The notes: generated from the letters alone by a model not told the origin. A DNA stretch of 51,197 nucleotides from Alphaproteobacteria bacterium (GCA_009694095.1 SHVV01000002.1:1-51197); one strand, 5' to 3'; positions 26,269 to 35,269 are shown, counted from the stretch's first letter. Numbers and translations: made by a program.

Positions 26269-27446
26269 TGTTCCTCCAGTTCTTCACCGAGCTGCGGGCC
26301 GCCAAGGTCCCGGTGAGCCTCAAGGAATACTTGGCGCTTATGGAAGCGATGGCGGCCGAATTACCCGCTTACGACGTCGACAATTTCTACTATTTGTCGC
26401 GTGCGATTCTGGTCAAGGACGAGCGCAACCTCGACAAGTTCGATCGCGTGTTCGGGCACTGCTTCAAGGGGCTTGAGGCGCCGGCCGACCGGCTTGAGGT
26501 CGAAATCCCCGCCGAATGGTTGAAGAAACTGGCCAAGAAATTCCTAACGCCTGAGGAAAAGAAGATGATCGAGGCGCTGGGCGGCCTCGACAAACTGCTC
26601 GAACTTCTCAATCAACGGCTGGCCGAGCAAAAAGGTCGCCACCAAGGCGGCAAGAAATGGATCGGCACCGCCGGCACCTCGCCGTTCGGCGCCTACGGCT
26701 ACAATCCCGAAGGCGTGCGCATCGGCCAGGACGAAGGCCGCGAAGCGCGCGCGGTCAAGATTTGGGACAAACGCGAGTTCAAGAACCTCGACGACGCGGT
26801 CGTCCTCGGCACGCGCAACATCAAGATCGCGCTCCGGCGGCTACGCCAATTCGCGCGCGAGGGGGCGGAGCTCGAACTCGATCTGCCCGACACCATTCGC
26901 TCAACCGCCAAGAACGCGGGCTATCTCGATCTCAAGCTTGTGCCGGAGCGACACAACGCGGTCAAAGTGTTGTTGCTCCTCGACGTCGGCGGTTCGATGA
27001 ATACTCACACCCGGACCTGCGAGGAGATCTTCTCGGCGGCACGGGCCGAGTTCAAGCACCTCGAATACTATTACTTTCACAATTGCATCTATGAAGCGCT
27101 CTGGCGCGACAACCGGCGACGCGACACGGTCAAGATCGAGACCCGAGAGATCATCAACACGTATGGCCCCGACTACAAATTGATCTTCGTCGGCGACGCC
27201 ACCATGAGCCCCTACGAGATCACCGCGCCCGGCGGTTCGATCGAACATTGGAACGAGGAGGCCGGCGCCACGTGGCTACAGCGGCTGCTCGAAACGTACA
27301 AACACGCGGTCTGGCTCAATCCCTCGCCGCCGAAATACTGGGGGTCGACGCCCTCGATCCAGCTCATGCACCAACTCCTGGCCGGACGGATGTTCCCGCT
27401 GACGCTCGAGGGCCTCGATCAGGCGACGCGTGAGTTGAGGCGGTAG
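26268..27446 (+). CDS. VWA-domain protein, CoxE-like partner of the MoxR ATPase
   Basis: 392 aa. The N-terminus is MFLQFFTELRAAKVPVSLKEYL, and it has a VWA MIDAS-like LLLDVGGSM. The start overlaps the ATPase stop (TGATG). Confidence 0.85.
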   Translation: MFLQFFTELRAAKVPVSLKEYLALMEAMAAELPAYDVDNFYYLSRAILVKDERNLDKFDRVFGHCFKGLEAPADRLEVEIPAEWLKKLAKKFLTPEEKKMIEALGGLDKLLELLNQRLAEQKGRHQGGKKWIGTAGTSPFGAYGYNPEGVRIGQDEGREARAVKIWDKREFKNLDDAVVLGTRNIKIALRRLRQFAREGAELELDLPDTIRSTAKNAGYLDLKLVPERHNAVKVLLLLDVGGSMNTHTRTCEEIFSAARAEFKHLEYYYFHNCIYEALWRDNRRRDTVKIETREIINTYGPDYKLIFVGDATMSPYEITAPGGSIEHWNEEAGATWLQRLLETYKHAVWLNPSPPKYWGSTPSIQLMHQLLAGRMFPLTLEGLDQATRELRR

Positions 27447-30400
27447 TTAGTGAAAGTCGCGCGACGGGAATAGGCGGCGGGCGACGGTGCCGGGATCGGA
27501 CGGGCGGCCGGTCGCGGCTTGATCGCCGGGGCCGCCGCTGAAACCCAGTTTCAAATGATGGTTGTTGAAGTTGCCGCCGGTCGCCAAAGGTCGCGTCGCA
27601 TAGCCGGTCGCGGGCTCCGGCGCGGCGTGGGCGTGGCGGACGTCGAACCCTGAGAGCGACCCGAGCTCGCCCAGCTCGAACAGCCGCGCGGTTTCGTCCC
27701 ACATCCGATCGGCGATGACGTGGATCACGAGCCCCTCGCGCTCGACCTTGCCCAAGACCGCGAGGAGCTGCGAGCGCAGCACCGCCTTACGGTTTTTTTC
27801 GAACATGCGTGGCCAGACGATGATGTTGGCGACGCCGGTTTCGTCCTCGAGCGTCATGAAGATGACGCCGCTCGCGGTGCCGGGGCGCTGGCGGCCGATG
27901 ACGAGACCGGCCACGCGCACGCGCACCCCAGGCTTCGCGGCGGCCAGCGTTGCCGCCGCGATGTACTTCGCCTTCGCGAACGTCGGGCGCAGGAGCGCCA
28001 TCGGGTGGCATTTCAGCGAAAGCCGGAGCGCCGCATAATCGTTCAAGACTTCTTCGCCCAACGGCATCGCCGGCAGATCGACCGCCGGCTCGGCGCCTTG
28101 CTCGATGTCGGAAGACGGCGGTGCGTCGCCCCTCCCCCTATCCCCTCCCGCAAGGGGAGGGGGAGGACAAAGTGAATCTCCCACCCCCTCGATGAGGGGG
28201 AGGGATTTCTTCTTGTGACGTCGCTCGGCCGCGGCGAAGAGGGGGAGCGGCGCATCTTTCAATCGCTTGACGGCCCAGAGCGCCTTACGCCGCGACAGCC
28301 CCATCGATCCGAAGGCATCGGCCTCGGCCAGGACGGCGAGCGCCGCGGGCCCCAAGCCGCTCAGCCGCCAGAGTTCACGCGGGTCGCCAAATCGCCCTAC
28401 CTCGGCGCGCGCCGCGACCAGGGCGGCGGCAGCGGCCTCGCCGAGGCCCTTGGCTTCGCGGAGGCCCAAGCGGAGCGCCACGCCCACGGCCGCGCGCCAG
28501 GCGGGATCGCCCTTGGCCCCCTCCCGAGCCTCCCCCTGCCGCATCGGGAGAGGGGGTTCAACGGGCTCGAGCGTGCAATCCCACGCGCTCGCGTTGACAT
28601 CGACCGGACGCACGGCGACGTCGTGGTCGCGCGCGTCGCGCACGATCTGCGCCGGAGCGTAAAAGCCCATCGGCTGGCTGTTGAGCAAGGCGCATGCGAA
28701 CGCCGCCGGATAGTAACACTTGATCCACGACGAGACGTAGACCAGAAGCGCGAACGAGGCGGCGTGCGATTCGGGAAAGCCGTAGTCGCCGAAACCCTCG
28801 ATCTGCTTGAAGCAGCGGACGGCATAATCCTCGACGTAGCCGTTGGCGAGCATGCCGACGATGAACTTCTCACGGAAGGTATGGATCGTACCCATGCGGC
28901 GGAAGGTCGCCATGGCGCGCCGCAACCGATCAGCCTCGGCCGGCACAAACCCGGCGCCGACGATCGCAATCTGCATCGCCTGCTCCTGGAAGAGCGGCAC
29001 GCCGTAGGTCTTGGCAAGCACTTGGCGGAGCGCGGCCGACGGGTACTCGACCGGTTCCTCGCCCGACCGCCGACGCAAATAGGGATGCACCATGTCGCCC
29101 TGAACGGGACCGGGACGGACGATCGCGACCTCGATCACGAGGTCGTAGAACGAGCGCGGCTTGAGGCGGGGCAACATCGTCATCTGCGCGCGGCTCTCGA
29201 CCTGGAACACGCCGACCGAATCGGCTTGGCACAGCATGTCGTAGACGAGCGGATCCTCGGGCGGAACCGAAGCCAAGGTGAGCGCCCGACCGTGGTGGCG
29301 TTCGACCAGCTCGAACGCCTTGCGGATGCACGTCAGCATGCCGAGGCTGAGCACATCGACCTTGAGGATGCCAAGCGAATCGATATCGTCCTTGTCCCAC
29401 TCGATCATGGTGCGGTCGGGCATCGCCGCGTTGGCGATCGGCACGACCTCGCACAGCGGCCCGCGGCTCATGACGAAGCCACCGGGGTGTTGCGACAGGT
29501 GGCGCGGAAATCCGGTAAGTTCCTTGGTGAGCCGAAGCGCGAGCCAGAGCCGCGCGTCCTCGGGGTCGAGGCCGAGTTCGCGTACCCGGGCGAGGTCGAC
29601 GCCTTTTGTCGACTGGCCCCACACGTAACCAGCGAGCGCGCCGCCGACGTCGGCCGAGAGCCCGAGCGCCTTGGCGACCTCGCGGATCGCGCTCCGCCAG
29701 CGATAGCTGATGACGACGGCGGTCAAACCGGCGCGGTCGCGGCCGTATTTTCCGTAGATGTACTGGATCACTTCCTCGCGCCGCTCGTGCTCGAAATCTA
29801 CGTCGATGTCGGGCGGTTCGTTGCGCTCGGCCGAGACGAAGCGCTCGAACAGCAGGTCGATGCGATCGGGATCGACGGCGGTGACGCCCAGGCAATAACA
29901 CACCGCCGAATTGGCGGCCGAGCCGCGGCCCTGACAGAGAATGCCCCGGCTCCGAGCAAAGCGGACAATGTCGTGAACGGTTAAGAAATACGGCGCATAG
30001 GCGAGTTGACCGATGAGCGCCAGTTCATGGTCGAGCAGCTTTTTGATCTTGTCGGGAATACCGGCGGGATATCGAGCGAACGCCCCCTCCCATGTCAACC
30101 GCACGAGATCGGCTTGCGGATCGCGCGCGGATTCTTCGCTCACATCCGGGTACTCGTAGCGGAGTTCGTCGAGCGCAAAACGACAGCGCTCGGCGATCTC
30201 GACGGTGCGCGCCACCGCGTCCTGGTGCGCCGCGAAGAGCCGCGCCATCTCGGCTGGACTTTTCAGATGCCGCTCGGCATTGGCGAACAGCCGGAACCCG
30301 GCTTCATCGATCGTGCAGTGCTCGCGGATGCAGGTGAGAACATCTTGCAGCGGGCGTCGCTCCGGGACGTGATAGTGGACGTCGTTGGTCGCAACGAGCG

Positions 30401-30935
30401 GCGTTCGCACCGCTCGCGCCAAGGCGGCCAAGCGCTCGAGCCGCCCCACATCGTCGCCGCGATAGAGATGGCTGCCAGCAAGATACACGTGGCCCGGAAA
30501 GCGCGCTGCCCACGCGTCGAGCTCCACGGCGAACGCCTCTTCCTCGGCGCTGTCATCGGGCGGAATCAGAACAAAAATCTGACCTGCGCCGTATTGCCAT
30601 GCGTCGGCGCGCGCGATGTCGCATTGCCCCTTGGGTGCTCGCATCCGACCCAGAGTGATAAGCCGCGCGAGCCTGCCGTAGGCGGCGCGATCGGTCGGAA
30701 AGCTAAGCGCGCTCGCGCCGTCGGAGAGATCGAGCCGCGCGCCGACGATGTAGCGCAGTCCCGCTTCCTTGGCCGCCAAGTGACCGCGCACCACGCCGGC
30801 CAGGGAGTTGCGATCGGTCAGCGCCAGCGCAGCGTGCTGCAACGCCGTTGCCTGAACGACCAATTCCTCGGGATGCGCAGCGCCGCGCAAGAACGAGAAA
30901 TTGCTGGTCGCCTGCAGCTCGGCGTACATAGTCAT
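27447..30935 (-). CDS. dnaE2: error-prone DNA polymerase III alpha-like subunit DnaE2 (ImuC)
   Basis: The start is MTMYAELQATSNFSFLRGAAHPEEL (PHP domain), with polymerase core motifs throughout. It is the last gene of the imuA-imuB-dnaE2 arrangement. Confidence 0.95.
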   Translation of the reverse strand: MTMYAELQATSNFSFLRGAAHPEELVVQATALQHAALALTDRNSLAGVVRGHLAAKEAGLRYIVGARLDLSDGASALSFPTDRAAYGRLARLITLGRMRAPKGQCDIARADAWQYGAGQIFVLIPPDDSAEEEAFAVELDAWAARFPGHVYLAGSHLYRGDDVGRLERLAALARAVRTPLVATNDVHYHVPERRPLQDVLTCIREHCTIDEAGFRLFANAERHLKSPAEMARLFAAHQDAVARTVEIAERCRFALDELRYEYPDVSEESARDPQADLVRLTWEGAFARYPAGIPDKIKKLLDHELALIGQLAYAPYFLTVHDIVRFARSRGILCQGRGSAANSAVCYCLGVTAVDPDRIDLLFERFVSAERNEPPDIDVDFEHERREEVIQYIYGKYGRDRAGLTAVVISYRWRSAIREVAKALGLSADVGGALAGYVWGQSTKGVDLARVRELGLDPEDARLWLALRLTKELTGFPRHLSQHPGGFVMSRGPLCEVVPIANAAMPDRTMIEWDKDDIDSLGILKVDVLSLGMLTCIRKAFELVERHHGRALTLASVPPEDPLVYDMLCQADSVGVFQVESRAQMTMLPRLKPRSFYDLVIEVAIVRPGPVQGDMVHPYLRRRSGEEPVEYPSAALRQVLAKTYGVPLFQEQAMQIAIVGAGFVPAEADRLRRAMATFRRMGTIHTFREKFIVGMLANGYVEDYAVRCFKQIEGFGDYGFPESHAASFALLVYVSSWIKCYYPAAFACALLNSQPMGFYAPAQIVRDARDHDVAVRPVDVNASAWDCTLEPVEPPLPMRQGEAREGAKGDPAWRAAVGVALRLGLREAKGLGEAAAAALVAARAEVGRFGDPRELWRLSGLGPAALAVLAEADAFGSMGLSRRKALWAVKRLKDAPLPLFAAAERRHKKKSLPLIEGVGDSLCPPPPLAGGDRGRGDAPPSSDIEQGAEPAVDLPAMPLGEEVLNDYAALRLSLKCHPMALLRPTFAKAKYIAAATLAAAKPGVRVRVAGLVIGRQRPGTASGVIFMTLEDETGVANIIVWPRMFEKNRKAVLRSQLLAVLGKVEREGLVIHVIADRMWDETARLFELGELGSLSGFDVRHAHAAPEPATGYATRPLATGGNFNNHHLKLGFSGGPGDQAATGRPSDPGTVARRLFPSRDFH
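28142..28205. repeat. pair of GC-rich hairpin-forming repeats inside the dnaE2 coding sequence
   Basis: Hairpin 1 is CCCCTCCC-gcaag-GGGAGGGG (28142-28162). Hairpin 2 is TCCC(a)CCCCCTC-gat-GAGGGGG(a)GGGA (28179-28205). The region is translated in frame as ...SLPLIEGVGDSLCPPPPLAGGDRGRGD... Confidence 0.8.
28517..28556. repeat. second GC-rich self-complementary repeat inside dnaE2
   Basis: CCCCCTCCCgagccTCCCCCTgccgcatcGGGAGAGGGGG is translated in frame as ...PPLPMRQGEAREG... Confidence 0.65.
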
Positions 30936-30951
30936 GGCGCAGCAGCAGCCA

Positions 30952-32751
30952 TCACGCAAACAGGCCGTGTAAAAACCACGCCGGCCCGGATTCAGGTGTC
31001 GCGAAGCGGGACGCGGCGGCCGCCACCGCCGGCAGCAGCGTCAGGTGCGTCCGATGATCGCGGTGCGGCACTTCTGGATCGGCGTCGCGGTCTTCGGTCA
31101 CCATGACCGGTGCGGCAGAAGCGCGATAAAGGCCGCTCCGATAGAGCCAGAAGCGGCGGCCGGTCTCGTCCTCGACCCGAAAATAGTCGCGGGTCGCGAA
31201 TGATGCCGCGCCGGCGCCTGGGCTCGCCACCCGCCACCACTCAACGCCCACGCGCTCCGGGCCCTCGGACCACGTCACTCGATGCACGCGTTTGCGCCAC
31301 CGGAACAAAACCGGCGGATGATCGGGGGTCGGCGCCATCACGACGATAGGTTCCGGCTTGAGAAATAGGCACACCGGACGCGGCAACCCGCGGTGCCACG
31401 GCGCAGGCGCGGTCTCTCCGCCTATCGACGCGAGCCGCAGCACGGCGTGCAGCGCGACCGCGCGCTCCGGCAGATGGCTCGCCACCGGCATCGGGTAGAC
31501 GACGTTGGTGATTCCCAGACGATTGCCGAGGCGGTCGGCAAGCGCGGCGAGGTCGGCGTCCACGTCGCCTGTCCCCCGCGACGAGGAAGCGGTAAAAAGG
31601 ATGCCGCTCTCGATGGTAAGAAGCGACTGCGCATCGGGACGTCTTCGACTCTCGCCGACCGCTCGCATGCGGATCTGCTCGGGTGGAAGTTTCTCGACGA
31701 CGGTTGCGGCCAAAACCGCAGCATCGGCGCCGAAACCAAGATCGAGCTTGTCCAAGCGCTCGGCAAAAAGACGACGAAGATGTTTGAGATCGCGCGTCGG
31801 CCGGCTGGTGCCGATCGCGATCGACACAACTTCGCCATCGGTGCGGTAGAACGCCAGCGTCATTCGTCGCGCGCCTAGTCCGGTGCCGGCGAGATCCTGG
31901 ATCAAGATCGCGAGCAGCCGATCGGCCGAGCGCTCGATATCATCGCCATGGGCGACTGGCTCGGCGAAGATCAGGCTGGCGCGCAAGGCCGGCGCGGGGG
32001 CGAGCGGCGAGATCGGCTCATCCACCAGGCCAAACGCCGCGTCGAGACGATCAAGCAACTTAGCGCCGTACCGCGCCGTGAGCGTCGCGCGCGGCACCTG
32101 CGCGAGAGCGCCGATCGTCTTCAGTCCAACGCGATCGAGCGAAGCGGCTGTCTCGGGTTCGATCCGCAACGCCAGTACCGGCAAGTCGGCTAGCACCGTG
32201 ATCGTTGCTTCCGACGCGACGACCGTGCCGCGCGCAGCGGCCGGTGTCGACGCGAAACGCGCGAGCGCCCACGCCGCGCCGGGTGTGGCGGCGGCGGCGG
32301 CCCGAGCTGTAACCCCCAGCACGGCGAGACGTCGGATGAGATCGGCGAGCAATGCTTCTTCGCCACCGAAAAGATGCGCGCAGCCGGTGATATCGAGAAA
32401 AAGGCCCAGAGCACGCTCGCCATATCGATCCAGGCTCGCCCAGGGCGAATAGCGGCTGCACCAAGCCGCGAGCTTAGCCAGCGCCTGCTGATCGGCGAGT
32501 GAATCCTCGGCGGCGACCCTGAGCCCAGGATAGAGCGCCCGCGCATCGGCGAGCGCCATGCCAGGAACGACACCGGCCGCCTCGGCCGCGGCGTCGGCGG
32601 CCGCAACGCGAAGCCCGCCCTGAAGCGCCGTAACGATGACGAAAGGTTCAGCCGGCGAGACTGAGTCCTTGGCCAAATCCATCGACGGACGATCGCTCTT
32701 CCAACGATCGGTCGCCAAGTATGGGAGCCAGACCGAAATGATCCGTGCCAT
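30952..32751 (-). CDS. imuB: ImuB, Y-family polymerase-like protein of the SOS mutagenesis cassette
   Basis: MARIISVWLPYLATDRW is a typical ImuB N-terminus. Its position between imuA and dnaE2 fits. The alternative start at 32763 is 4 codons upstream. Confidence 0.88.
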   Translation of the reverse strand: MARIISVWLPYLATDRWKSDRPSMDLAKDSVSPAEPFVIVTALQGGLRVAAADAAAEAAGVVPGMALADARALYPGLRVAAEDSLADQQALAKLAAWCSRYSPWASLDRYGERALGLFLDITGCAHLFGGEEALLADLIRRLAVLGVTARAAAAATPGAAWALARFASTPAAARGTVVASEATITVLADLPVLALRIEPETAASLDRVGLKTIGALAQVPRATLTARYGAKLLDRLDAAFGLVDEPISPLAPAPALRASLIFAEPVAHGDDIERSADRLLAILIQDLAGTGLGARRMTLAFYRTDGEVVSIAIGTSRPTRDLKHLRRLFAERLDKLDLGFGADAAVLAATVVEKLPPEQIRMRAVGESRRRPDAQSLLTIESGILFTASSSRGTGDVDADLAALADRLGNRLGITNVVYPMPVASHLPERAVALHAVLRLASIGGETAPAPWHRGLPRPVCLFLKPEPIVVMAPTPDHPPVLFRWRKRVHRVTWSEGPERVGVEWWRVASPGAGAASFATRDYFRVEDETGRRFWLYRSGLYRASAAPVMVTEDRDADPEVPHRDHRTHLTLLPAVAAAASRFATPESGPAWFLHGLFA

Positions 32752-33562
32752 TGCCTGTCTCAATTCTGGGTTGATCGACGCGTGCCCGATCGTGCGCAGT
32801 GAATCGGCCGGCCTGCCAAACGACCCGCCAACACCGGGACGCGCCGCCGCGGACGCGCACGAGATCGAGATTCCACGCAGCTTCGCGCGACCCCGCCCGT
32901 AGCGGCCGAGCCGACGGCGTCGAATGCACCCACCAACGGGTTAGCGCCGCGCTCGGCTCGAACGCCGCCGTCACTGCCGGGCGCAAGATAAAAGCGGCAA
33001 CGCCGCTCCGCCGCGCCGCAAGCGCAAGCCGCTGACTCTGATTGAGATTGAGCGTGCGCACCTCGGCAACGACGGCGGCAAAACCGGGAACGCGCAGTCC
33101 CTCCTCCATCGCCCAGAGAATGTCGATGTCGCGCCGGCCGCGGGCGAACAGAAACTGATTTGGATCGAGGCCGAAATCGACCAATCCCGGCGTATAGAGA
33201 TTGCCGGCCTCGTAAAGACCAGCAAGCGGCATGGCCCACAGCATCCTGCGGCTGGCGCCGCGGGTACCAGCCTCGAAATCGAGACGTGCCAGAAGGGCCG
33301 CCATAAATCCCATGCCCGCCCCGGTATCTGCTGCGGCGATCTCGTGCAAAGCGCCCAACGCAAGACCTCGGCCCGGAAGCGCCACATCGATCGCCGGCTC
33401 GCCCAGCGAGACAAATCGCTCGGTAAGCCCGGTGGAGAAATTTTGACACTCGATCCGAGCGACTTCGGCGCGCATCGCGGCTAGGTGATCGCCAGCTGTT
33501 TCTCCGCCCCGTCCGAAAGAAGAAGCGGCCGCAGGGGCTATCCCTTCGGAAGGCATGCGCAT
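32648..33562 (-). CDS. imuA: ImuA, RecA/SulA-like protein of the SOS mutagenesis cassette
   Basis: ImuA-like motifs are present (ALPGRGLALGALHEI; LWAMEEGLR; VRVRGG). The start was chosen at ATG 33562 (GGAG upstream) because the longest ORF would read through the LexA box. The 3' end overlaps imuB by about 100 nt. Confidence 0.8.
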   Translation of the reverse strand: MRMPSEGIAPAAASSFGRGGETAGDHLAAMRAEVARIECQNFSTGLTERFVSLGEPAIDVALPGRGLALGALHEIAAADTGAGMGFMAALLARLDFEAGTRGASRRMLWAMPLAGLYEAGNLYTPGLVDFGLDPNQFLFARGRRDIDILWAMEEGLRVPGFAAVVAEVRTLNLNQSQRLALAARRSGVAAFILRPAVTAAFEPSAALTRWWVHSTPSARPLRAGSREAAWNLDLVRVRGGASRCWRVVWQAGRFTAHDRARVDQPRIETGNGTDHFGLAPILGDRSLEERSSVDGFGQGLSLAG

Positions 33563-33615
33563 GGGTACTCCGTCCTGTCCGGCGCGGTGGGAAACTCCCA
33601 CACCGATCTTTTTTT

Positions 33616-33630
33616 GTTCTTCTTTTGTTC
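33616..33630. promoter_or_regulatory. alphaproteobacterial-type LexA box GTTC-N7-GTTC
   Basis: GTTCTTCTTTTGTTC was read directly. It sits in the divergent imuA / methyltransferase intergenic region. A TTGACT-N17-TAGAAC promoter-like arrangement on the imuA strand overlaps one half-site. Confidence 0.7.
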
Positions 33631-33659
33631 TATTATGAATACCCCATCGAGTCAACCGG

Positions 33660-34331
33660 ATGGCCTATGCTGACCGCCACACGCCGCAAACGCCCGTCCC
33701 TGTGCTTATTTACGACGCCCTCATCGCTCGGCATCTGCGCCACCCGCGCGGCTTTCTCGGCCGCCGCGTGGCGCGGCAAATGAACGCAGCCAATCTTCCG
33801 CTCTACGAACTCGCGCTCGATCAATTGGCGCTCGGACCAACCGACCGCACCCTCGATCTCGGGTTTGGAGGCGGACCTGGCTTCACGCTGATGGCGGCGC
33901 GAACGCCAGGCGGGGTCGTCTACGGCATTGATTCATCGGCGACGATGCTCAAGCAAGCCGAGCGACGGCACGTCAACCTGATCGCCGCGCAGCGGCTCAT
34001 CGTCCTGCGCGGCGACTTCGCCGACATTCCGATTGCCGACGCGCAGATCGACGCCATCGTTACCGTGAACACGATCTATTTCTGGGCTGACCCGACACCG
34101 CCGCTCGCCGAAGCGATGCGCGTCCTCGCGCCAGGCGGGCGCCTCGCCATCGCGTTCCGCCTTCCCGCCGTCGAGCAGCGCAAAAAATTTGAGCGCATCG
34201 GTTTCCTTTATCGCGCTCCGGACATCGTCGCCGACTTGATGGTCGCAGCTCGCTTCAGCGCCGCGACCATCGCCCAAGGCAAGGGTCGCACAGTCCCGTT
34301 CTTTTGCATCAGCGCGGCCAAACCGGCATAG
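33660..34331 (+). CDS. class I SAM-dependent methyltransferase
   Basis: 223 aa. Motif I is LDLGFGGGPG, followed by a post-I acidic residue and a Methyltransf_11-like layout. Confidence 0.8.
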   Translation: MAYADRHTPQTPVPVLIYDALIARHLRHPRGFLGRRVARQMNAANLPLYELALDQLALGPTDRTLDLGFGGGPGFTLMAARTPGGVVYGIDSSATMLKQAERRHVNLIAAQRLIVLRGDFADIPIADAQIDAIVTVNTIYFWADPTPPLAEAMRVLAPGGRLAIAFRLPAVEQRKKFERIGFLYRAPDIVADLMVAARFSAATIAQGKGRTVPFFCISAAKPA

Positions 34332-34388
34332 CGAACGGTGCTTGCCGCGAACGCCCCAGCAGCGCATCTTCAAGCGAAGGATTTCGTT

Positions 34389-34472
34389 GTGGCACCAGCG
34401 CGCTCACTCCTCGACTTGATCGGGAATACGCCGATGATCGAACTCACTCGTCTCGATCGAGCGTTGGCTTAA
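34389..34472 (+). pseudogene. 27-codon stub resembling the N-terminus of cysteine synthase (CysK/CysM)
   Basis: GTG...VAPARSLLDLIGNTPMIELTRLDRALA*. LIGNTPMxxLxRL is the characteristic start of O-acetylserine sulfhydrylases. The ORF then terminates 23 nt before cysQ. Confidence 0.5.
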
Positions 34473-34495
34473 CCGCCGACCGCGAGAGGACTGCG

Positions 34496-35269
34496 ATGGA
34501 GCCCCATGACTGCGCGCGGCTTCTTGACCCGCTGACGAAGATTGTGCGTGAGGCGGGCCGTCTTATTCTTGAGATCTATGAACGAACTCCGAACGTGCGC
34601 CAAAAAGCCGACCGAACCCCCGTTACGGACGCCGACGAACGAGCGGAGGCCGTGATCGTTGCCGCCCTTGAAAGCCTGACCCCCCATATCCCCATCATCG
34701 CGGAAGAGAGGATGGCACGTGGACTTTCCCCTGCGATCGAGGGTGGACAATTCTGGCTCGTCGATCCGCTCGACGGAACGCGCGAGTTTCTTAATCGCAA
34801 TGGAGAATTCACGGTCAACATCGCCTTGATCGAAACGAGCCGCCCGACGATCGGCATCGTCCACCTCCCGGCCAAGGGATCTCTTTACGCCACTGATGGC
34901 GCTCTCGCCTATCGCGAGGACGCCGACGGCGCACGGCGCTTGATCCGCGCCCGGGCCGCGCCGGCGAGCGGAGTGACGGTAGTCGCAAGCCGCTCCCACA
35001 ATTCGCCCGAAACTAAAGCTTATGTGGAAAAATTGCTTGTCGCGACTTACCGCGAAGCAGGTAGTTCACTAAAATTTTGCGTCATCGCCGAGGGCGAAGC
35101 CGACCTCTATCCGCGTTTCGGGCGGACGATGGAATGGGACACGGCGGCAGGTGATGCGGTATTGACCGCGGCCGGCGGAAGAGTCACGACACTCGATGAT
35201 CAACCGCTTTTGTACGGCAAACCTGGATTTGCCAATCCAGTCTTCCTAGCCCGCGGAGTTACCGGCTAG
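34496..35269 (+). CDS. cysQ: 3'(2'),5'-bisphosphate nucleotidase
   Basis: The start was chosen at MEPHDCARLLDPL, with GAGAGGA upstream. It has inositol-monophosphatase family motifs (PVTDADERAE, WLVDPLDGTREF, WDTAAGDAV). Confidence 0.88.
   Translation: MEPHDCARLLDPLTKIVREAGRLILEIYERTPNVRQKADRTPVTDADERAEAVIVAALESLTPHIPIIAEERMARGLSPAIEGGQFWLVDPLDGTREFLNRNGEFTVNIALIETSRPTIGIVHLPAKGSLYATDGALAYREDADGARRLIRARAAPASGVTVVASRSHNSPETKAYVEKLLVATYREAGSSLKFCVIAEGEADLYPRFGRTMEWDTAAGDAVLTAAGGRVTTLDDQPLLYGKPGFANPVFLARGVTG

Noticed and set aside
27444-27449. Missing terminator between the convergent VWA gene and dnaE2, whose stops abut as TAG|TTA.
   Set aside because: This is just tight convergent packing. 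No hairpin or other element can fit, so there is nothing to annotate.
28215-29984. Very long ORFs antisense to real genes. Examples: 589 aa opposite dnaE2; 43037-44626, 529 aa opposite asnB; 23537-24748 opposite the amidohydrolase; 35403-36629 opposite acuI; 8937-10043 opposite glmS; 37405-38538 opposite the ligase; 41895-42845 opposite the dihydroorotase-like gene.
   Set aside because: These are typical shadow ORFs of high-GC DNA. Their translations are Arg/Ala/Gly/Pro-rich with no recognisable motifs, whereas the opposite strand carries unmistakable conserved domains across the same coordinates.
33563-33655. N-terminal extension of the longest imuA ORF (MTRWGIHNRTKEEQKKIGVGVSHRAGQDGVP).
   Set aside because: It would read through the LexA box and promoter-like elements. 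The sequence there is T-rich non-coding-like. An internal ATG at 33562 has a GGAG ribosome-binding site.
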